Positions 17,783-21,894 of a stretch of 21,894 bases of DNA are shown in pieces. Position 1 is the first letter of the stretch; each line of letters starts with the position of its first letter. The DNA lies in the IMG/VR virus record IMGVR_UViG_2737471819_000029, positions 1-21,894 of that record. One strand, given 5' to 3'. The translations under genes and the position numbers were made by a program. The notes beneath the pieces are model-generated. The model worked only from the letters and a program-made list of their open reading frames with translations. It was not told the DNA's origin and searched no databases. This DNA comes from a virus (Duplodnaviria > Heunggongvirae > Uroviricota > Caudoviricetes).

Positions 17783-19450
17783 ATGTCAAATATTGTGCCA
17801 AATGTTATAATTTCAATGCCAAGTCAACTATTTACGTTAGCCAGAAAATTCCAGGCCGCAAGCAATGGCAAGATATTCATTGGTAAGATAGATTCCGATC
17901 CTACGCTCCCACAGAATCAAGTGCAGGTTTATGTGGAAAATGAAGACGGCTCTCACGTTCCTGTTTCGCAACCAATCATCATTAACGCTGCTGGTTACCC
18001 TGTATATAATGGACAGATTGCCAAATTCGTTACCGTGCAAGGCCATTCTATGGCTGTTTATGATGCGTACGGTGCGCAGCAGTTTTATTTTCCGAATGTA
18101 CTGAAGTACGACCCGGATCAGCTTGAGCAGCGTCTTGCATCATCAATAGGTTCTTCCATGGTTGGCATTACCGATGGAAGGACAGTGCATGATTTTATAT
18201 CTGTTGATGACTATCAGAGAATTGGTGATATCCGTGGTTACGGGGCGACAAATGAAAACGTAAACCCTGTCAACATTGCCGTTGCCACAGGTGAGGCCAA
18301 TGGTCTACTGAAGGTGCCTAATGGAGTATGGAGCGGTAATTTTGAGTTAAAAAATAAAACTAGCATAACTGGTGAATCCATAACATCAACAGTTGTTAAC
18401 GTTCCTATAAACACGATCGGAATAAAGCCTGAGGGCTCTGACGTTAGAGGGATTACTATATCAAACATGAATCTCCAAGTTAACGGATCTGTTGCTGGCG
18501 GTCCTCCTGTTGGTAGCGGGGTCGGAATAGACATGTCTTTTTGCGGAAAGGCAGTTAACTGTGAGTTTAACAACCTTTATCTCGATTTCTTTGATATTGG
18601 TTACAACGCTGGATATGCTGGTTTTTCAAATATTTATAACAATATGAGGTGCAATAACAACCGAATCGGGATTAACCTATCCAGTAACGGAACAATTATT
18701 CAAAACGTATTCAATGGGTGTTATGTTGCAAACTGGACGGCTTATGCCGTGAAAGTTTCTGGCGCTAGCAACCAGATATTCAACGCGCTTAACATGGGAC
18801 ATAACGGGTCCGCCAATGCTTATTTCCTGCAGATAGATACGAACTCAAGAGGAATCATATTTAATCAACCTAACTTCGAAATGGACGTTGCAAACGGGAA
18901 AATTACAGCAGGAAGCCAGGCTATCGTGGTCGCCTCTAGTTCTGAGGTTACATTTAACTCCCCGACATTCAACAGGGTTAACGCTGCAGGGGCAAATGCC
19001 TACCTGTTCCGGGTTAGGGGTAACGCTGTAGTACGTATAAACGACCCTCAAATCTACAACGACGATGGCACAATAGGTCACCTAATTATCAGTGATGAAG
19101 CTGTTGTTTATCTCAATGATCCAAATCGAATATTCACAGTAATTACTATCCAAGGTAATGGGAGGCTAATACGTGTTGACGAGAAGATATCAAACTCCCC
19201 TAACTATACAAACATTCTTACTTTAAAATCTGGAGACATAATTAACTTTGGATTCTATGCAAGATATGCAATGGCGGTTCCAGATTTTCACTCCAATACT
19301 ATGCCATCACCATTCAAGTACGCAGTGAGCTTTGACACTTACCATAGCAGTGGAACTGCCATTGCTCGAGTGTATGATACAACCACAGGAAATGGAGTAT
19401 CAAACATCAATGTTACATGTTTCGTACAGGCGTGGAGAGAGGATAGATAA
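17783..19450 (+). CDS. Tailspike protein (555 aa): P22-type head-binding N-terminal domain fused to a divergent beta-helix-like receptor-binding domain
   Basis: N-terminal ~115 aa (…[49 protein letters not shown]…[17 protein letters not shown]…NVLKYDPDQ) match the P22 gp9 head-binding domain from memory; the remainder is Asn/Gly/Ser/Val/Ile-rich with repetitive beta-strand-like segments and unlike the P22 enzymatic domain I recall. Confidence 0.85.
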   Translation: MSNIVPNVIISMPSQLFTLARKFQAASNGKIFIGKIDSDPTLPQNQVQVYVENEDGSHVPVSQPIIINAAGYPVYNGQIAKFVTVQGHSMAVYDAYGAQQFYFPNVLKYDPDQLEQRLASSIGSSMVGITDGRTVHDFISVDDYQRIGDIRGYGATNENVNPVNIAVATGEANGLLKVPNGVWSGNFELKNKTSITGESITSTVVNVPINTIGIKPEGSDVRGITISNMNLQVNGSVAGGPPVGSGVGIDMSFCGKAVNCEFNNLYLDFFDIGYNAGYAGFSNIYNNMRCNNNRIGINLSSNGTIIQNVFNGCYVANWTAYAVKVSGASNQIFNALNMGHNGSANAYFLQIDTNSRGIIFNQPNFEMDVANGKITAGSQAIVVASSSEVTFNSPTFNRVNAAGANAYLFRVRGNAVVRINDPQIYNDDGTIGHLIISDEAVVYLNDPNRIFTVITIQGNGRLIRVDEKISNSPNYTNILTLKSGDIINFGFYARYAMAVPDFHSNTMPSPFKYAVSFDTYHSSGTAIARVYDTTTGNGVSNINVTCFVQAWREDR

Positions 19451-19451
19451 A

Positions 19452-19476
19452 AATAGGGCGGTTTCCCCGCCCTATT
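19452..19476. terminator. Putative bidirectional intrinsic terminator between the convergent tailspike and acyltransferase genes
   Basis: ~10-bp stem AATAGGGCGG / CCGCCCTATT with a 5-nt loop, flanked by A-run upstream and T-run downstream; stop codons of both convergent genes abut it. Confidence 0.55.
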
Positions 19477-19477
19477 T

Positions 19478-20546
19478 TTATACTGTAACTAAATTGTCTT
19501 CATTTCTATTGGTTTTTCTTTTTAATTTAAGAAAATGTATTTCAAAAAGATAGTATGATGCAATTGATACTATATATGCGATAGCAAACCCACATGCTAT
19601 TATCACAGCATTATTGTTTACCCCAAACAAGGAGGACATTTTGTTTGCAATTGAAAAACACAGCAAATGCCACATATACAAACCATAACTTATCTTTCCT
19701 GTAAATGTTAATGGCTTTAATGATAATGCTTTTGTTATTATTTGTTTTTTCCCTAGCACACTCCACTTGTAAATGAAAAAAATTGCAGATGAAAAAATCA
19801 TCCCAAACGCTGTAAACATATACCAGCATTTCCCAGCCCAATCTACAGGGTTCCAAAAAGCATTAAGACCAACAGAATTTATTCCATTAAGAACCAGCCC
19901 AACACCTGCTATAAAAGTTAAAAATCCTGATTCATATGCGTACTTCTCATCTTTTATCTTGGAAAACAGAGCGCCAAGAACTAACATGTCAATGCAACTG
20001 ATAAGAGTTACATTTACAATGTATGGGTTTCCATCAGTGATTTGAAATATAAAATATCTTGATATACTTGATGTTATTATTAGTATAATAAAAATCAGAT
20101 TCATATTCTTTTTGTTTATGAAAAATATGAATAGAGGCCAAAGCCAGTAAAATTGTTCTTCCACTGCAAGAGACCAAGTGTGCCCCAAAATTCCAGGTGT
20201 TGTAACATTTATTCCTATATAATAGTTATTGTAGATAAGTTATAAACCACAAATAACCATCCGTTGGTTTCCCAGTTGCAATTAGAAGAATAAAGTTAAC
20301 AAGTAGGTAAGCATAAAATAACGGGAATATTCTAAGAGATCTATTTATAAGAAATCGTTTAATATAGTTACTAAAACCAGAGTCTTTATCCTCGATAAGG
20401 ATTGAGGTAATTAAGAAACCAGATAAGCAAAAGAACAGCGGAACTCCAGACCAACCAAGAGAAAATCCTGAAACTTTGGCATGAAAAAGCATTACAATGA
20501 GCACCGCAATACCTCTCACACCATCTAAAGATTGTATATGTTTCAT
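19478..20546 (-). pseudogene. O-antigen acyltransferase (Acyl_transf_3 / Oac-like) interrupted by a single-base frameshift; two ORFs of 106 aa (20226-20546) and 236 aa (19478-20188, really open up to 20239)
   Basis: N-terminal ORF begins MKHIQSLDGVRGIAVLIVMLFHA...GVPLFFCLSGFLITS (typical family-3 acyltransferase start); second ORF contains WSLAVEEQFYWLWP (family signature). On the minus strand the frames read ...WFITYLQ-TAA and TAA-LIYNNYYIGINVTTPGILGHTWSLAVEEQFY; removing one base near + coordinate 20228 joins them into one ~350-aa ORF. Confidence 0.65.
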
Positions 20547-20594
20547 GCTAAAAATCCATATTCTACGGGAAGCGGGAGTCTATCAGATTTAGTT

Positions 20595-20629
20595 GATATT
20601 ATCTATATAGACTAACTAGATGTTATCTA
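20595..20629. repeat. Direct repeat GAT(A/G)TTATCTA (x2, 24 bp apart) containing a 10-bp perfect palindrome TCTATATAGA, in the AT-rich region between the acyltransferase start and the integrase stop
   Basis: Read directly: GATATTATCTA at 20595-20605, GATGTTATCTA at 20619-20629; palindrome TCTATATAGA at 20602-20611. Confidence 0.5.
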
Positions 20630-20736
20630 GCGATTGACTGTCATTCTATGTATATTTTCACGCCTGTTATCATATAACTTGATCATTTGGTATTTTGAGA
20701 GATTAACTTCTTTTGTTTCCAGTGTGGCTATGCCAA

Positions 20737-21894
20737 TTACTCCACCTTTTCATCAATCCAGTCCGCCCACCACTGCATCATTTCTCTGCGCTTATCGAGA
20801 TACTGAGCATGGTTGTAAATTCCGCGCACAGATCCGCCGTTGGCATGTGCCAGTTGCACTTCAATAGCGTCAGCAGGCCATTCGTGCTCGTTCATAATCG
20901 TGCTGAATTCATGCCTGAATCCGTGACCGCTTTCCAGACCTTCATAGCCGATTTGTTTGATCACAAGCAATACCGCGTTCTCGCAGATTGGCTTCTTCTT
21001 ATCGTTGCGCCCGGCAAAAACAAACTCTGACACTGGTTTAGTGATTGAGCTTAGCGTAGTGAGAAGTTCAATCACCTGGTCTGACATAGGAACCACATGA
21101 ATTTTGCGTCCTTTCATCACACTGGCGTCGATGGTGATAATCCTGTTTTCAAAATCGACGTTCTTCCATTGCATGGAACGAAGCTCTTTCGTTCTTAGGG
21201 CTGTATAGCGTAAAACTTTGGTCGCAATGAGCGATACGATGCTTCCTGAAAATGTTGCCAGTGCTTTGTTGAATGCAGGGATCTGGTCTGCTGGAAGAAA
21301 CGGGAAGTTCTTCTTGCGGTATCCCTTCATGGCGTCAGCAAGGTCAGGTGCTGGGTTATATTTAGCCCTGCCGGTGACAATAGCGTAACGGAAAACCTCG
21401 CCGCATCTTCTGCGGGCTTTATTGGCTCGTTCCATTGCACCGCGATCTTCAAATCTGCGGATTACTTCCAGCAGTTGCATCGGCTCAATATCCTGAATTT
21501 CAAGGCCGCCGATGATAGGTAAAATGTCGTCATCAAACATTTTTGCAAGTTCAGTCACATACCCTACTGACCATACTTGCTTCTTGTGCTCGTACCATTC
21601 CTTGTAAATGGCGCTAAAGGAATTGTTGTTAGACGAAGCCTTTTTCGCTTTTACCGGATCGATGCCAACCGAGATGTCTTTCCTCGCGGTCCATGCTTTA
21701 TCCCTTGCCTCCTGCAAAGTCATAAGCGGATATTTTCCGACGGTCAGGATTTTCTCCTTACCGTCAATCTTGTAGCGAAGCTGCCATACCTTTTTCCCTG
21801 ATACAGGGACATAAAGGTACAGGCCATTACCATCGAGAAGGCGGTATGGTTTTTCTTTCGGCTTTGCTGCTTCAATCTGCTTAACGGTGAGCAT
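20737..21894 (-). CDS. int: Tyrosine site-specific integrase (385 aa); resembles the IntS-type integrase of E. coli prophages that target argW, as far as I recall
   Basis: Complete ORF MLTVKQIEAAKPKEKPYRLLDGNGLYLYVPVSGKKVWQLRYKIDGKEK... with C-terminal catalytic region containing R...HGFRHEF...Y (…LESGHGFRHEFSTIM…VRGIYNHAQYL…); start codon is at the last base of the window. Confidence 0.9.
   Translation of the reverse strand: MLTVKQIEAAKPKEKPYRLLDGNGLYLYVPVSGKKVWQLRYKIDGKEKILTVGKYPLMTLQEARDKAWTARKDISVGIDPVKAKKASSNNNSFSAIYKEWYEHKKQVWSVGYVTELAKMFDDDILPIIGGLEIQDIEPMQLLEVIRRFEDRGAMERANKARRRCGEVFRYAIVTGRAKYNPAPDLADAMKGYRKKNFPFLPADQIPAFNKALATFSGSIVSLIATKVLRYTALRTKELRSMQWKNVDFENRIITIDASVMKGRKIHVVPMSDQVIELLTTLSSITKPVSEFVFAGRNDKKKPICENAVLLVIKQIGYEGLESGHGFRHEFSTIMNEHEWPADAIEVQLAHANGGSVRGIYNHAQYLDKRREMMQWWADWIDEKVE

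Noticed and set aside
18238-19081. Minus-strand ORFs (111 aa, 78 aa) inside the tailspike gene
   Set aside because: Antisense to the tailspike; no independent expression signals.
19611-20045. 81-aa minus and 90-aa plus ORFs within the acyltransferase C-terminal fragment
   Set aside because: Alternative-frame or antisense reads of an AT-rich membrane-protein gene; the acyltransferase frame carries the conserved family signature and is preferred.
20547-20736. Possible tRNA gene or tRNA 3' fragment (att core) between the acyltransferase and int
   Set aside because: No cloverleaf-compatible sequence or GGTTCGA(A/T)TCC-like T-arm motif found by eye; left only as a low-confidence att/regulatory candidate.
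20634-21030. + strand ORFs of 77 and 105 aa overlapping the 3' end of the integrase gene
   Set aside because: The 105-aa ORF is entirely antisense to the integrase coding region; the 77-aa ORF spans the intergenic region and integrase 3' end without SD or motif.

Overview
This window reads as the late (lysis, packaging, head, tail) region of a temperate P22-like podovirus or prophage, ending at a tyrosine integrase. All protein family calls are from reading the translations and recalling phage lambda, P22, Sf6 and E. coli K-12 proteins; no search was run. Order on the + strand: a lambda-type lysis cassette (S holin with Met-Lys-Met dual start, R transglycosylase, Rz with embedded Rz1); a Rha-like regulator; a small unknown ORF; small and large terminase; portal; scaffold; coat; the P22 gp4/gp10/gp26 head-completion and tail-needle set; gp14/gp7/gp20/gp16-like ejection proteins; and a tailspike with a P22-type head-binding N-terminus and an unrelated AT-rich C-terminal domain. 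The most likely place for something undescribed is the 1.8 kb accessory island between the last ejection protein gene and the tailspike (16.0-17.8 kb), which sits where P22 carries sieA/immI. It holds a membrane-anchored coiled-coil protein, a small HExxH protein, a tiny Lys/Gly-rich protein, an orphan intrinsic terminator in a 330 bp non-coding gap, and an HNH-AP2 endonuclease. Downstream of the tailspike, an Acyl_transf_3 (Oac-like) O-antigen acyltransferase gene is split by a single-base frameshift, followed by an intergenic region with direct repeats and a palindrome, and then the integrase. No rRNA, tRNA or CRISPR array was recognised. The ORF track uses TTG/GTG as starts, so a few starts were re-placed by hand.
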